This document shows, piece by piece, positions 8,174-22,419 of a DNA stretch of 64,000 nt. The notes beneath the pieces were generated by a model. The model ran no database searches, was not told where the DNA came from, and was given only the letters and a program-made list of their open reading frames with translations. Positions within the stretch are counted from its first letter, which is position 1, and every line of letters begins with the position of its first letter. This DNA comes from Dehalococcoidia bacterium (GTDB lineage Bacteria; Chloroflexota; Dehalococcoidia; Plut-88900), in NCBI GenBank assembly GCA_965207225.1, contig CBDBLV010000005.1, forward strand, positions 1,984,001-2,048,000. The letters run 5' to 3'. Made by a program: the position numbers and the translations under genes.

Positions 8174-11072
8174 ATGCAATTGACTGACATGGCGAATGTC
8201 ATCAGCCGCAAGAAACTCATAGAGGTCGCTCTCCCGTTGGACGCCATCAACGCGGCGTCGGCGCGAGAAAAGTCCATCCGACATGGGCACCCTAGCACCT
8301 TGCACCTGTGGTGGGCGCGGCGACCTCTGGCGGCAGCCCGGGCAGTGCTGTTCGCCCAGATGATTGATGACCCATCCTCACGCCCTGAGTTGTTTCCCAC
8401 CGAGGACTCCCAAGCCAAGGAGCGGAAACGGCTGTTCGGTATTATCGAGGAGTTGGTGAAATGGGAGAACACTACCAACGAGACGGTCCTGGAAGCGGCG
8501 CGTGAGGAGATTCGCAAGAAGTTGGCGGCGGACCTGCGAAGACAACATAGGCAACCCTAGGGCAGTGGAATTGTTCGACCCCGTAAAACTTCCTGCTTTT
8601 CACGATCCATTCGCCGGAGGGGGCGCGATACCCCTCGAGGCCCAGCGCCTAGGCATGGAAGCCTACGCCAGCGACCTGAACCCGGTTGCGGTGCTCATCA
8701 ACAAGGCTATGATCGAGATTCCGTCCAAGTTTTCAGGTAAACCGCCAGTAAACCCGGATGCCCGGAAGGGCTGGGGCTCCGTAGGTGCGCAATGGAAGGG
8801 CGCGGCGGGCCTGGCTGAGGACGTTCGCTACTACGGCAAGTGGATGCGCGACGAGGCGGAGAAGCGCATTAGCTACCTGTATCCCAAGATTGAGATCACG
8901 GCGGAGATGGCGCAGGAGCACCCTGACCTAAAGTCATACGTGGGCCGCAAGCTCACTGTCATCGCGTGGCTCTGGGCGCGGACTGTCAAGAGCCCAAACC
9001 CGGCCTTCGCCAACGTGGATGTACCCTTAGCCTCCACCTTCGTGCTTTCGACCAAGAAGGGCAAGGAAGCCTACGTGAAGCCGATGATTGAGGACGGCGG
9101 CTACCGATTCACGGTCAAAGCGGGCAAGCCGCAGGAAAGGGCCATGAACGGCACCAAGCTGGCTAGGGGCGCAAACTTCCAATGCTTGATGTCTAAGACA
9201 CCAATAGCAGCCGACTACATCAAAGCTGAAGGCAGGGCTGGGCGCATGGGCGCTAAGCTGATGGCAATCGTCGCCGAGGGTGACCGCAGACGGGTTTACT
9301 TGGCACCCACACCAGAGCATGAATCAATCATTCAGAGTGCGGAGCCCACGTGGATGCCCGATGTCGAAATCTCTCCAGACAGACGTTCAATGTGCACGCC
9401 GCTCTATGGGCATACACACTTTAAACACCTCTTTACTGACCGTCAGTTGGTGGTCCTCACTACCTTCTCCGACTTGGTGGCGGAAGCACGGGAGTGCGTC
9501 CAACGCGATGCCGTAGCGGCGGGTATGCTGGGTGAGGACAGGTCCCTGCAGGACGGGGGGGAGGGGGCGAGAGCGTACGCCGAGGCTGTGGGGGTGTATT
9601 TGGGATTTCTCGTTGACCAATTAACAAATCACTCGTCGACGATTTGCGGTTGGCATGTCAATAACACACAGTTGCGTAATACTTTCGCAAGACAGGCAAT
9701 CCCTATGACATGGGACTATGCCGAAAGTAATCCACTTTGTAATTCTACAGGTAGCTTTAACAACTTGTGTGAGCGTCAAATCAAGGGATTCACAACTCTA
9801 GGAAACGGCGCATGCGGTACAGCTTCTCAGTTAGATGCAGGTCAGAATGAGATGTCTGTGGGGAAGGTCGTTTCCACAGATCCACCCTACTACGACAACA
9901 TCGGTTACGCCGACCTCTCTGACTTCTTCTACGTCTGGTTACGACGCTCAGTCAGGCCAACATTCCCCGACCTTTTCGCCACGCTAGCCGTACCGAAAGT
10001 GGAGGAACTGGTGGCCATCCCATACAGGCATGGCAGCAAGGAACGGGCAGAAGCATTCTTCTTGGATGGCATGACCCTAGCGATGGAGCGCTTGGCTGAC
10101 CAGTCCCATCACGCGTTTCCCGTGACTGTTTACTACGCCTTCAAACAGTCGGAGAGCCGAGGCGATGCCGGGGTTGCCAGTACTGGCTGGGAGATTTTTC
10201 TCGGAGCGATGATCCATGCCGGCTTCGCCGTCACAGGCACGTGGCCAATGCGAACAGAGCTTGGGAATCGCATGATCGGCATCGACTCCAATGCCTTGGC
10301 CTCCAGCATCGTCATCGTTTGCCGTCCACGCCCAGTCGATGCGCCTGTTGCCACTCGTCGGGAGTTCGTTGACGCACTGAAGTCCGAGTTGCCGGAAGCA
10401 CTGCGTCAGATGCAGCAAGGCAACATCGCCCCTGTGGATTTGGCCCAGGCCGCCATCGGGCCGGGCATGGCAGTCTTCTCCCGCTACGCCCACGTCCTGA
10501 ACGCTAGCGGCGATGCGCTTGTCGTGCGCGAGGCCCTTTCCCTCATCAACCAAACTCTTGACGAAGTGCTCGCTGAGCAGGAGGCCGACTTCGACGCCGA
10601 CACCCGGTGGGCGCTGGCCTGGTTCGAGCAGTCGGGGTTCGATGGTGGCGATTACGGCGTGGCTGAGACGTTGTCCACGGCAAAGAACACCAGCGTCGCG
10701 GGCATGATGGAGGCCGGGATACTACATTCGGGCGGGGGCAAAGTCCGCCTGCTCCGGCCTCACGAGTTGCCTGAAGACTGGGTTCCGGATAGCGACCGGA
10801 TCATCGTATGGGAGGCCGTACACCATTTGGTCCGCGTGCATGACAAGGAAGGCGAGGACGCAGCCGCCTCGCTTATGAGCAAACTTGGCCCAGAAGCCGA
10901 GGCGGCTCGCGAATTGGCCTACCGCCTCTATCGCATCTGCGACCAGAAGAACCGGTCTCAAGAGGCCATTGGCTACAATGCGCTCGTGCAGAGTTGGCCG
11001 GAGGTCGCGCGTCTTGCCCATCAAGTTGTCCGCCCCACGCAGGGGAGAATGGGGTTGCCCGATGACCGCTGA
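8174..11072 (+). pseudogene. DUF1156 adenine-specific DNA methyltransferase, +1 frameshift near 8519
   Basis: [51 protein letters not shown]; removing one A in AAGAAGTTGG joins the two ORFs as EIRKSWRRTC. Confidence 0.85.
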
Positions 11073-11379
11073 AACGATCATCTCAACAATGGTGGAACGC
11101 ATCGTCGGACGGTTCCAGCCGTCTCGCGTCGTGCTCTTTGGTTCCTATGCCCGTGGCACCGCCATAGAGTCGAGCGACGTGGACCTGCTCGTTGTCATGG
11201 GGAACGGGACGGACAAGCGCCGTACGGCAGTGGAGATACGGCGGTCGCTGGGAGATCTCCCCGTCAGCAAGGACATCGTCGTTGCCACTCCGGACGAGAT
11301 CACGAGCAGGGGTGGCGTTGTGGGAACCGTGCTCCACGCGGCGCTGCGGGAAGGGAGGGTCGTCTATGAACGACCCTAA
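11062..11379 (+). CDS. Minimal nucleotidyltransferase (MNT antitoxin)
   Basis: VVLFGSYARG...SDVDLLVV motif. Confidence 0.9.
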   Translation: MTAETIISTMVERIVGRFQPSRVVLFGSYARGTAIESSDVDLLVVMGNGTDKRRTAVEIRRSLGDLPVSKDIVVATPDEITSRGGVVGTVLHAALREGRVVYERP

Positions 11380-11782
11380 CCCTGTGATGGAGGAAGCGCG
11401 ACGCTGGCTGCGGTTCTCCGAGGAGGACCTGAGTGTGGCGGCGCGACTCATGTTGGGCGCTCCCACCGCTCCCCGGCACGTTTGCTGGCTTTCGCAGCAG
11501 GCAGCGGAAAAGTCGCTGAAAGCAGCCTTGATACTGGAGGAGGTCGATTTTGCGTTCACTCACGACCTGGACGCCCTTCGCAACCTCCTGCCGGACGATT
11601 GGACTGTGCGGGATACGCACGCTGATCTGGCTGAGTTGACGGAGTGGGCAGTCGAAACCAGGTATCCCGGCGATTGGCCGGAACCCAACGATGACGATGC
11701 GATTCGGGCAATGTCTCAGGCCCGCGCCCTCTACGGCTCCATCGTGGCGGAGTTCAGGAAGCGCGGAATACTCACTGCGTAG
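11366..11782 (+). CDS. HEPN domain protein (MNT-HEPN pair)
   Basis: QQAAEKSLKA...THDLDAL...RYP; overlaps the MNT gene. Confidence 0.85.
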   Translation: MNDPNPVMEEARRWLRFSEEDLSVAARLMLGAPTAPRHVCWLSQQAAEKSLKAALILEEVDFAFTHDLDALRNLLPDDWTVRDTHADLAELTEWAVETRYPGDWPEPNDDDAIRAMSQARALYGSIVAEFRKRGILTA

Positions 11783-11800
11783 GGCCGAAGGAGGAGGTGT

Positions 11801-15202
<3,402 letters not shown>

Positions 15203-15508
15203 ATGTGCTTCGCTGACAAGGTCGAGCCAACCTGCTCCCGCGGCTGTCTCCTTGGGTAGCACAGGGAGAACCTAGGGTGGCCATCCCGAATCGTCGGCGT
15301 CGTGGTGGTCGAGGCGCGGAGGTACGAAGTGTGGTACCGCGAGTCTCTCCAAAGCTGCGGACGTATTGAAGTACTAATCTAGGCCGGGCAGCCATGCTCC
15401 CTCTTACGAAGGATGACACCTGCCGTGTCCATGGCGAGGGACAGGCAAGCGGGTCATCCGCTGTACCCGGACGGCGGGGATGCTGGCCGTCACTCGATGA
15501 TCTGCACC

Positions 15509-16063
15509 TTACGGCTTGGCGGCATTGGTCTGGCCGGCAGCTGCGGCCCAGGCCAGTGCGGTGAGCATCCGCCCCGGGTTCAGTATCTGCCAGACGACTC
15601 CGTTGTCGACGAAGTACCCGTTGGCGAAGACGAGAGCGCCCAGCGCGGCAGAGACCACCGCGCCCGCGCGCCCCGCAGCATGGCCGGAGCGCCATAGAGC
15701 CACGGCCGCCACGCTGGAGGAACCGATGAACAGCGGGTTCACCGTGCGCCACACGTTGCCCCAATGGTCGTCGAACAGGTCACTATAACCGTTGGCGAGC
15801 ACCACCAGGGCTAGTATGCCCAGCGCGAGGCTGCGCACCCAGGGGACATAGCGTGTGCTGGCCCAGACCCACCAGACGCCGGCGAACCCCATTAGCAGCG
15901 GGCCGATCTGCCACAGCTTCCAGGGCCAGTAGGGAACGGACATATGCTCCGGGTCGACGAGGACTGTCCTCTCTGTCCAGGCAAAGATGGCCAGGGCGAC
16001 AAAGGCCGAAGCTGCCACGGCAGGGATCGGACCAAGATCTCTAGGGGCTATTAGCTTGAACAT
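15509..16063 (-). CDS. Hypothetical multi-pass membrane protein
   Basis: About six hydrophobic segments, with an internal repeat (LANGY...W..VNP / FANGY...W..LNP). Confidence 0.65.
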   Translation of the reverse strand: MFKLIAPRDLGPIPAVAASAFVALAIFAWTERTVLVDPEHMSVPYWPWKLWQIGPLLMGFAGVWWVWASTRYVPWVRSLALGILALVVLANGYSDLFDDHWGNVWRTVNPLFIGSSSVAAVALWRSGHAAGRAGAVVSAALGALVFANGYFVDNGVVWQILNPGRMLTALAWAAAAGQTNAAKP

Positions 16064-16264
16064 AAGCCGGGTCTGCTCCTACGTGCGGTTGGCATTACAT
16101 CTCCGATTCTAGGAGTGGCTCTCCCTTCTCGCGATACCATATCAGTTTCTACACTCCTTGAAACAGTTCTTCCGAGGGGGTATTGACACCGTAGCTGATA
16201 CATGGTTTCATCTGGAGTTCTGTATCATTGGAAATCGCAAGAATCAAATTGAGAGGAAGGATCC

Positions 16265-17434
16265 ATGAGCAATCGGAACGAGGGACGGAGGCTGGATGAG
16301 ACGCCGGAAGGGTCGCAGCTCCACGAAGTCGCAATCGTGGGTGCGGGGGCGGCCGGGCTGGGATGCGCGGTTGCCCTCAAGGAGTTTGGCGTCGACGACG
16401 ACATCATCATCCTCGACCGCCATGAGGTCGGCGCCTCGTTCCGGCGGTGGCCGCAGGAGATGCGCTTCATCACTCCGTCGTTCACTTCTAACTCGTTTGG
16501 GTTGCTCGACCTCAATGCGATCGTCCCCGGTACATCGCCCGCGTACACGCTCGACCGCGAACACCCCAGCGGAGTCGCTTACGCGATGTACCTCGACAAT
16601 GTCGCCAAATACTACGAGCTCCAGGTGAAGCCTGGCATAGATGTCTGCTCCGTCGCAGTCGAGGATAACGGAACATTCACGCTCACGACGACCGACCAGC
16701 CGGTGCGGGCAAAACATGTCATCTGGGCGGCCGGGGAATTCCAGTACCCGAACCGCAATTCGTTTGTGGGTGCAGAATCCTGCTGCCATTCGTCCGATGT
16801 CCGAACATGGCAGGATCTCGAAGGTGACCGTTTCACGGTGATTGGCGGCTACGAGAGCGCCGCAGACGCGGCCGTCTCGCTGGTGCAGTTGGAGAAGGAT
16901 GTGACCGTGCTGGCGCGGGATGCGACATGGAACAGTGACCACCCGGATCCCAGCGTCTCCCTCACCCCGTTTTCCCGCGAGCGTCTGGAATGGGCCCATT
17001 CCACGGGCTCCGTGAACCTCGTCGGCGGTGTCGACATCACATCGGCGCGTGTGGATGGTGACACGTGGGTCGTACAGGCCTCGGACGGCCGCGAGTGGGC
17101 GAGCGAGACACGCCCGATTCTCGCCACCGGCTTCATGGGGTCCCTCAGCCGCCTCGACGGCTTGATCGAGTACGATGAGGACGGCGCCCCCGTCGTCACG
17201 GAAGAGGCAGACGAATCCACGCTTGCGCCTGGCCTGTTCATCTCCGGCCCGGTACTCGAGCACCGGGGCGTGAACTTCTGCTTCATCTACAAGTTCCGCC
17301 AGCGCTTCGCTATCGTCGCCGATGCGATCGCACAGCGCCTCGGAAAGGACACCACGGAAGCCGTGGCGGCCCGCCGAGCGGCGGGGATGTACCTGGACGA
17401 CCTCTCTTGCTGCGAGGAGTCCTGTGCGTGCTGA
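16265..17434 (+). CDS. FAD/NAD(P)-dependent oxidoreductase with Cys-rich C-terminus
   Basis: GAGAAG, VIGGYESAADAA, ILATGF, CFIYKFRQRF, ends CCEESCAC. Confidence 0.85.
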   Translation: MSNRNEGRRLDETPEGSQLHEVAIVGAGAAGLGCAVALKEFGVDDDIIILDRHEVGASFRRWPQEMRFITPSFTSNSFGLLDLNAIVPGTSPAYTLDREHPSGVAYAMYLDNVAKYYELQVKPGIDVCSVAVEDNGTFTLTTTDQPVRAKHVIWAAGEFQYPNRNSFVGAESCCHSSDVRTWQDLEGDRFTVIGGYESAADAAVSLVQLEKDVTVLARDATWNSDHPDPSVSLTPFSRERLEWAHSTGSVNLVGGVDITSARVDGDTWVVQASDGREWASETRPILATGFMGSLSRLDGLIEYDEDGAPVVTEEADESTLAPGLFISGPVLEHRGVNFCFIYKFRQRFAIVADAIAQRLGKDTTEAVAARRAAGMYLDDLSCCEESCAC

Positions 17435-18558
17435 CCGACATGGCTTCGATGTCGCGGCGCGGATTCTTCGACCACGCGGTCGCAGGTCCCACGATAGCGG
17501 TCGTCCTCCTGATCCTACCCGCTCTGCTCGCCGTTTTCGGCGCCAACCAGGCGGCAGCCTGGCTTGATCCGCTGGCCGTGGCGAGCACGACACCCCTAGC
17601 TGAGAGGATAGAAGGCTGGCCGGGACCGCTCGAGGCTGTGCTCGCCGGTGACTACGGACTGCTCACGATGGGGCCGTTACTGTTCGTGTGGGCTGTCCCC
17701 ACGGTGCTGGTCTACTCGGTGCTGATCAGCGTCTACAGCGCGAGCGGCCTCGCCGACCGGATCGGGGCGGTGCTCCATCCCGTGTTGCGGCCGGTCGGCC
17801 TGCACGGGCGCGACGTGACACGAGTGCTGATGGGCTTCGGCTGCAACGTCCCGGCGATCGTCTCGACACGCTCCTGCTCTGCCTGCACCCGGCCGACGAC
17901 CGTCGGCGCGATTTCCTTTGGGTCCGCCTGCTCGTACCAGCTCGGCGCGACGCTCGCGGTTTTTGCCGCCGCCGGCAAGAGCAGTCTCGTTGTGCCGTAC
18001 CTAGCGCTGCTCGTCGCGGCGACGCTCGTCTACACGCGCCTCATCAGTCAGCCTGCCGCGCGGTCGACACTCAACACACTGCTCATCGAACCGCGCACCT
18101 TCCTCACCCGGCCGTCCTTCGCGGCAGTCGGGGCGGAGGCACAAGGGACGGTTTGGGCATTTTTCCGCACGGCGCTACCGACCTTCTTCGCGATCGCTAT
18201 GGTTGCCTCGCTCCTCAACTGGTCGGGCGCGCTCGATGCAGCTGGGGGCTTGCTGGCGCCGGCGATGGCCGTTTTCGCACTGCCGGCGGAAGTGGCAATG
18301 CCGACCATGCTCGCCGCTGTCCGAAAGGACGGCATACTGCTCTTGGCCGAGGCCGGCACCGTCGCTTCGTTGAGCGCGACCCAGCTGCTGGTTGCAACAT
18401 TCCTCGCCGGAACGGTGCTGCCATGCCTAGTCACCGTGTTCACGATCGGGCGCGAACTCGGGCTACGGTTCGCGGGCAGGCTCATCGTACAGCAGTCCGC
18501 CTTCGCCGTCACGGTCGCCGCCACGGTCGGCTGGGCCTCAGCTGCGTTCAGCGGGTGA
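17428..18558 (+). CDS. FeoB-like membrane (Gate/nucleoside recognition) protein without GTPase domain
   Basis: MGFGCNVPA and LPCLVT FeoB gate motifs; multiple TM helices; start overlaps upstream stop. Confidence 0.75.
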   Translation: MLTDMASMSRRGFFDHAVAGPTIAVVLLILPALLAVFGANQAAAWLDPLAVASTTPLAERIEGWPGPLEAVLAGDYGLLTMGPLLFVWAVPTVLVYSVLISVYSASGLADRIGAVLHPVLRPVGLHGRDVTRVLMGFGCNVPAIVSTRSCSACTRPTTVGAISFGSACSYQLGATLAVFAAAGKSSLVVPYLALLVAATLVYTRLISQPAARSTLNTLLIEPRTFLTRPSFAAVGAEAQGTVWAFFRTALPTFFAIAMVASLLNWSGALDAAGGLLAPAMAVFALPAEVAMPTMLAAVRKDGILLLAEAGTVASLSATQLLVATFLAGTVLPCLVTVFTIGRELGLRFAGRLIVQQSAFAVTVAATVGWASAAFSG

Positions 18559-18641
18559 CGATCCACATACCCTCTCTGCCGCAACGCGTGGGCCTATTTC
18601 TTGCTGGTGATGTGGCTCCTGCCAGCCTGGAGAATCGCCCC

Positions 18642-18671
18642 TTGACATGCAATCTTGTGGTTGCGTATTGT
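18642..18671 (+). promoter_or_regulatory. Sigma70-like promoter with overlapping ArsR-type operator
   Basis: TTGACA-18-TATTGT with imperfect palindrome ATGCAATC-TTGT-GGTTGCGT. Confidence 0.6.
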
Positions 18672-18679
18672 ATGCGCAC

Positions 18680-18952
18680 ATGCACAAAGACTTGGTCTTC
18701 AAGGCGCTCGCGGACCCGACACGGAGGTTGATGCTGGACGAGCTCTCGGAGCGCAAGGAGCAGACGCTTTACGAGCTCACGGCGCGCCTGATCATGCGGC
18801 ATGAAGTCGCCATCTCCCGACAGGCCCTGGCCAAGCACATCGATCTCCTGGAACAGGCAGGGCTCGTAAGCTCGGAGAAGCGCGGCAAGTACCGGATGCT
18901 CGTCTTCAACGATGAGCCCCTGAGGGCTGTCATGGACCGATGGCTCAAGTGA
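18680..18952 (+). CDS. ArsR/SmtB family regulator
   Basis: VFKALADPTRRLMLDEL...SRQALAKHIDLLEQAGLV. Confidence 0.9.
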   Translation: MHKDLVFKALADPTRRLMLDELSERKEQTLYELTARLIMRHEVAISRQALAKHIDLLEQAGLVSSEKRGKYRMLVFNDEPLRAVMDRWLK

Positions 18953-18979
18953 CACTATGAAAAGAAGAGGAGGCCAGAT

Positions 18980-19363
18980 ATGCGCATTACACTGACGGGC
19001 GTCTTCGTAAGTGACCAGGACGAAGCTCTGAGGTTCTACACGGAGACCCTCGGCTTTGTGAAGAAGCATGACGTCCCTGTGGGGGAGTTCAAGTGGCTCA
19101 CCGTCGTCTCGCCCGATGACCTAGATGGGACCGAGCTTCTGCTCGAACCAAATGAAAACCCGGTAGCACAAGAATATCAGAAAGGGCTATTTGACCAAGG
19201 CATCCCAGCGGCGTCCTTTAGCGTTACGGACGTCCGCGCGGAGTATGAGAAACTGAAGTCGCTGGGCGTGGCTTTTACGATGGAGCCAACAGAATTGCCC
19301 AACGTCACCATTGCGGTCTTCGACGACACCTGCGGCAACCTGATCCAGATAATGCAGACGTAA
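18980..19363 (+). CDS. VOC/glyoxalase family protein
   Basis: VSDQDEALRFYTETLGF...FDDTCGNLIQI. Confidence 0.9.
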   Translation: MRITLTGVFVSDQDEALRFYTETLGFVKKHDVPVGEFKWLTVVSPDDLDGTELLLEPNENPVAQEYQKGLFDQGIPAASFSVTDVRAEYEKLKSLGVAFTMEPTELPNVTIAVFDDTCGNLIQIMQT

Positions 19364-19422
19364 CTACGATCGACCAGAATACCCTGTTGGGACGCGGGTG
19401 CAGTCCAGCCTGTCCAGGCACT

Positions 19423-19483
19423 TGGTGGGCCTATTTTGACGGTAGACAGAACCGTCTTCGAATTGAGGCTGGGCAGTCTGTAA
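19423..19483 (+). other. Element A left junction (attL-type) carrying the displaced integrase A C-terminal tail
   Basis: Core TGGTGGGCC is repeated at 48342-48350; 19434-19453 is a perfect inverted repeat of 48321-48340; encodes GGPILTVDRTVFELRLGSL*. Confidence 0.85.
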
Positions 19484-19597
19484 ACCCACCGAAACGATGT
19501 TGCGTGGTCTCTCTTGGGCTGCCTACCAGCGTTGCGCCTATCGTGGCTTCCAGCATATTCAATGGGGCGCACGCATTCACAATCCCAGCATTTTGCG

Positions 19598-20020
19598 TCA
19601 CTCGTGACTGCCTCTCAGCAGGGCGACGAATCCAGCCTGCTCAAAGTCTCGGTCGTAGGCGAGCGCCTCAGTCAGGTCACGTTCTTCCATTATGAGGAAG
19701 CTCGCGCAGTCCGTTAGGCTCCAGGTCTGATCCTGGCGTGCCTCGTATCGTCCCACCGCTGTCCAAAACTGGTCCTCAGTAAGCCAGACAACCTCAATGC
19801 TTGGTCTGCCACGAAGACTCTTCGCCCATTCAGTTGCACGCTGTCGCATGTACTCGCCACGGGTCGATGCGAAATTGAGTACCTCGACCACAACCATATG
19901 GGTCGTGACCAGTTGGTCCGCGATGGATTCTGAGCTCAAGTCGAGTGCGCGGGCGTGAAGGTCGTCTCGGTTGTCGAGTAGTGCGATCCAATATCCACTG
20001 TCAGCGAACACCACACGCAT
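19598..20020 (-). CDS. vapC: PIN-domain toxin
   Basis: VFADSGYWIAL...WSLTDCASFLIM...YDRDFEQAGF. Confidence 0.9.
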   Translation of the reverse strand: MRVVFADSGYWIALLDNRDDLHARALDLSSESIADQLVTTHMVVVEVLNFASTRGEYMRQRATEWAKSLRGRPSIEVVWLTEDQFWTAVGRYEARQDQTWSLTDCASFLIMEERDLTEALAYDRDFEQAGFVALLRGSHE

Positions 20021-20304
20021 TACGGTTCCTTCTTCGGATGACCGTACATGTAGTGTTTGTAGTTGACAGAGCCATCGGTGGGTCGGTCTCGTCCGTCATC
20101 CGGGTACTTCTCAATGAGGTGCCTGGCCAACATTGACATGTCTCCGATAGCATTCGCGCCCTTCGCCGCGGCTTGAACGGGAATCTCCTCAATCACCAGG
20201 GCCACTTCCGCTCCCTCGGCAATGTCCAAGGGCTCCAGGGGCGTGAGAACGCCGTTGGAGTACTTGGCCTTCACGTTCGCAATCATGACGCTCCCCTCTG
20301 ACAT
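20020..20304 (-). CDS. DUF104/AF2212-like antitoxin
   Basis: VKAKYSNGVLTPLEPLDIAEGAEV; C-terminal DGSVNYKHYMYG; coupled to vapC. Confidence 0.8.
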   Translation of the reverse strand: MSEGSVMIANVKAKYSNGVLTPLEPLDIAEGAEVALVIEEIPVQAAAKGANAIGDMSMLARHLIEKYPDDGRDRPTDGSVNYKHYMYGHPKKEP

Positions 20305-20424
20305 GGCTACGGCCTTCGGGCAACTCTCAGCGTCCTATGTGTGCTCAAGACCGTTCTGCCCTCATCATACTCCTGATGGCTGCTGATCATCAATGGAAAC
20401 GCTGCCTTTTCTTGGTCGGCGCTA

Positions 20425-20625
20425 TTGACAACATCCGCTTCGGTGGTTTAAGGTAATAGGTGGATAGTAATGATACTATATCTCAATTATCAACGTAATG
20501 GTGGCCTTGCCCACTGTCCGTGTCGAGACCGTACCTCGTCAATTGGACGCATACGAAGCTCAATACCAATGATCCGAACGTACTCCACGGTTGGCGACGA
20601 CGGGAACAATGATACTAAGACTCAA
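20425..20625 (+). promoter_or_regulatory. Promoter with duplicated Fur/Zur-like operator
   Basis: TTGACA at 20425; AATGATACTAnnnCTCAA at 20469-20486 and 20608-20625 (15/18 identical). Confidence 0.5.
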
Positions 20626-20778
20626 CACGATGGCGGAAACGATAGCTGACGATTGTGATATCAGTCGTCCCGCACGGAGCAAAACCAGTGTAGAAACACG
20701 CACCCGTCTTGGGCGCGAGGCAAAGAACAACGAACCAACTCGATCTAGATTTCGAAAGCAAGGAAGCTAGGAGAATCG

Positions 20779-22413
20779 ATGAACAGCTTTACCAACGCAT
20801 CAATGCCCCTGAAACTCTTCGGCGTCGTCTTGGCGCTGGCCCTAGTAGCGGTGGCCGCCCTGTTGGTCACCCCCACCTCGGCGCAAAGCCCGGACAACAC
20901 CTACGACGACCCGCAGCCTTGTGGGTTCGGCCAAGGCGCATCCACTGCATTCCAGGCCGAACCGCACGAGAAGACCACCGGCCACTACGCACTCTTTGAC
21001 GCCTACTGGGAGGATACGGGGCCGGATCAGGCGCAGACCCCAGGGCTGGACCCTGACCAAACCCCTGACAACACCGGCATCCTGCACACCAACGAGTGCC
21101 CGCCGCTGTTGACCACCGAAACGCAAGACCTCCAAACCGTAACCACCCTGACCGACTCCGGCGTCGACATCGACGAGCTCATAATCCACGTCGAGAACTC
21201 GCGTCAGGCGACTGTGGTGGAGGGCAATCCGGATGATTTCAGCACCCACCATTTGCGTTTGGACCAGTACCCAGGGGTTCGTGACCACGCCAATGTTGGT
21301 GAAAAGGTCTGGTGGCTGCGGCTGGACGACCCCGACCTCAGCGGGGACCAGAAATCCGACCTCACCCTCGGATTCTCGACGCACCGATTCGACAAGAAGT
21401 ACTGGACCAAGGTTAGCTACGAGTTCAGGCTCTTGCGCAACCCCGGCATTGCCCCGAGCGAGCATCCCCACCTCCTCGCCTACCGGGCGCGCCAGTCGGG
21501 TGTGCCCGGCGCGACCAAGGTCTGGGACAGCGCTGAGGCAGGCATCGCATCCATGGAGATGGCGCCCGGCGAACTCATCAATGACCTACAGTGGGTCTTC
21601 ACCAAGCCCGGGACCTACGAAATATCTGCTCAACCCGTGGGGTACGTGCGCAACAAAAACCCTCACGCTGAAGGCGATGAGGAGTACGACGCGAACTGGA
21701 AGGCGATCAGTGCAAACGTCACCGAGGCCGGCGAGGTGAAAAAGTACGTCATCCACGTGGGGCCTCTCGTCGAGGTGGAGCCGCCACTATTGGGCGTCAG
21801 CCGCAGCGTGCCGGAAAACTCCCCGGCCGGGACCAACGTCGGCGACCCGTTCCTGGTCTACTCGGAAGCGAGTGATCTGGGGTACAGCCTCTCCGGCGTC
21901 GGCCACGAAAACTTCGTAGCAACGGCCACGACCGACGCGGACCCCTACGGCGTCCAAATCAAGGTGGCCGAGGGGGCCAGCCTGGACTACGAGACCAAGG
22001 CCACCTATGACCTCACCTTGGGAGTGACAAACAAGATCGACCACGAGAGCAATCCCGACCCCACCGTAGACGACACCCTGGTGGTGCGGATCAGTTTGGA
22101 CGACGTCGCCCCCACCGTGAGCCTTGCAGTCGATAATGCCAGCCCGGCGGTGGGTGACACGGTGACCTTTAGGGCGGTGTTCCAACACTTCGAAGAAGTG
22201 GGAGAGTATCTGTATGATTTCGACAGTCTGTCGAATTCCGATACCCTCACTGGGCGGGTTACCACCAACAACGCCATTGTGTACACCACCACCCGAAATA
22301 GCGCCCTAACGGAAACTTTCACCTTCAGTGCCACTTACGACGTTGATGATGATGGCTCGAACCGACGTGTCATTCACGCCGAGAATGTCACCGTCACCTG
22401 GGGCAACCCGTAG
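20779..22413 (+). CDS. Secreted surface protein with TIGR03769-like domain and cadherin domain
   Basis: Signal peptide; QWVFTKPGTYEI; SVPENSPAGTNVGDP...LDYETKATYDLTLGV. Confidence 0.75.
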   Translation: MNSFTNASMPLKLFGVVLALALVAVAALLVTPTSAQSPDNTYDDPQPCGFGQGASTAFQAEPHEKTTGHYALFDAYWEDTGPDQAQTPGLDPDQTPDNTGILHTNECPPLLTTETQDLQTVTTLTDSGVDIDELIIHVENSRQATVVEGNPDDFSTHHLRLDQYPGVRDHANVGEKVWWLRLDDPDLSGDQKSDLTLGFSTHRFDKKYWTKVSYEFRLLRNPGIAPSEHPHLLAYRARQSGVPGATKVWDSAEAGIASMEMAPGELINDLQWVFTKPGTYEISAQPVGYVRNKNPHAEGDEEYDANWKAISANVTEAGEVKKYVIHVGPLVEVEPPLLGVSRSVPENSPAGTNVGDPFLVYSEASDLGYSLSGVGHENFVATATTDADPYGVQIKVAEGASLDYETKATYDLTLGVTNKIDHESNPDPTVDDTLVVRISLDDVAPTVSLAVDNASPAVGDTVTFRAVFQHFEEVGEYLYDFDSLSNSDTLTGRVTTNNAIVYTTTRNSALTETFTFSATYDVDDDGSNRRVIHAENVTVTWGNP

Positions 22414-22419
22414 TATCGG

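Noticed and set aside
15326-15342. T-box-like GTGGTACCGCG
   Set aside because: No terminator/antiterminator or downstream amino-acid gene on that strand
19423-19431. Possible tRNA gene at the att core
   Set aside because: Only the 9-nt 3'-end-like core is present; no cloverleaf on either side
20668-20730. Resemblance to a c-di-GMP-I riboswitch (GCAAAACC...GAAA)
   Set aside because: Conserved GGGACGCAAAGC segment and P3 stem not found
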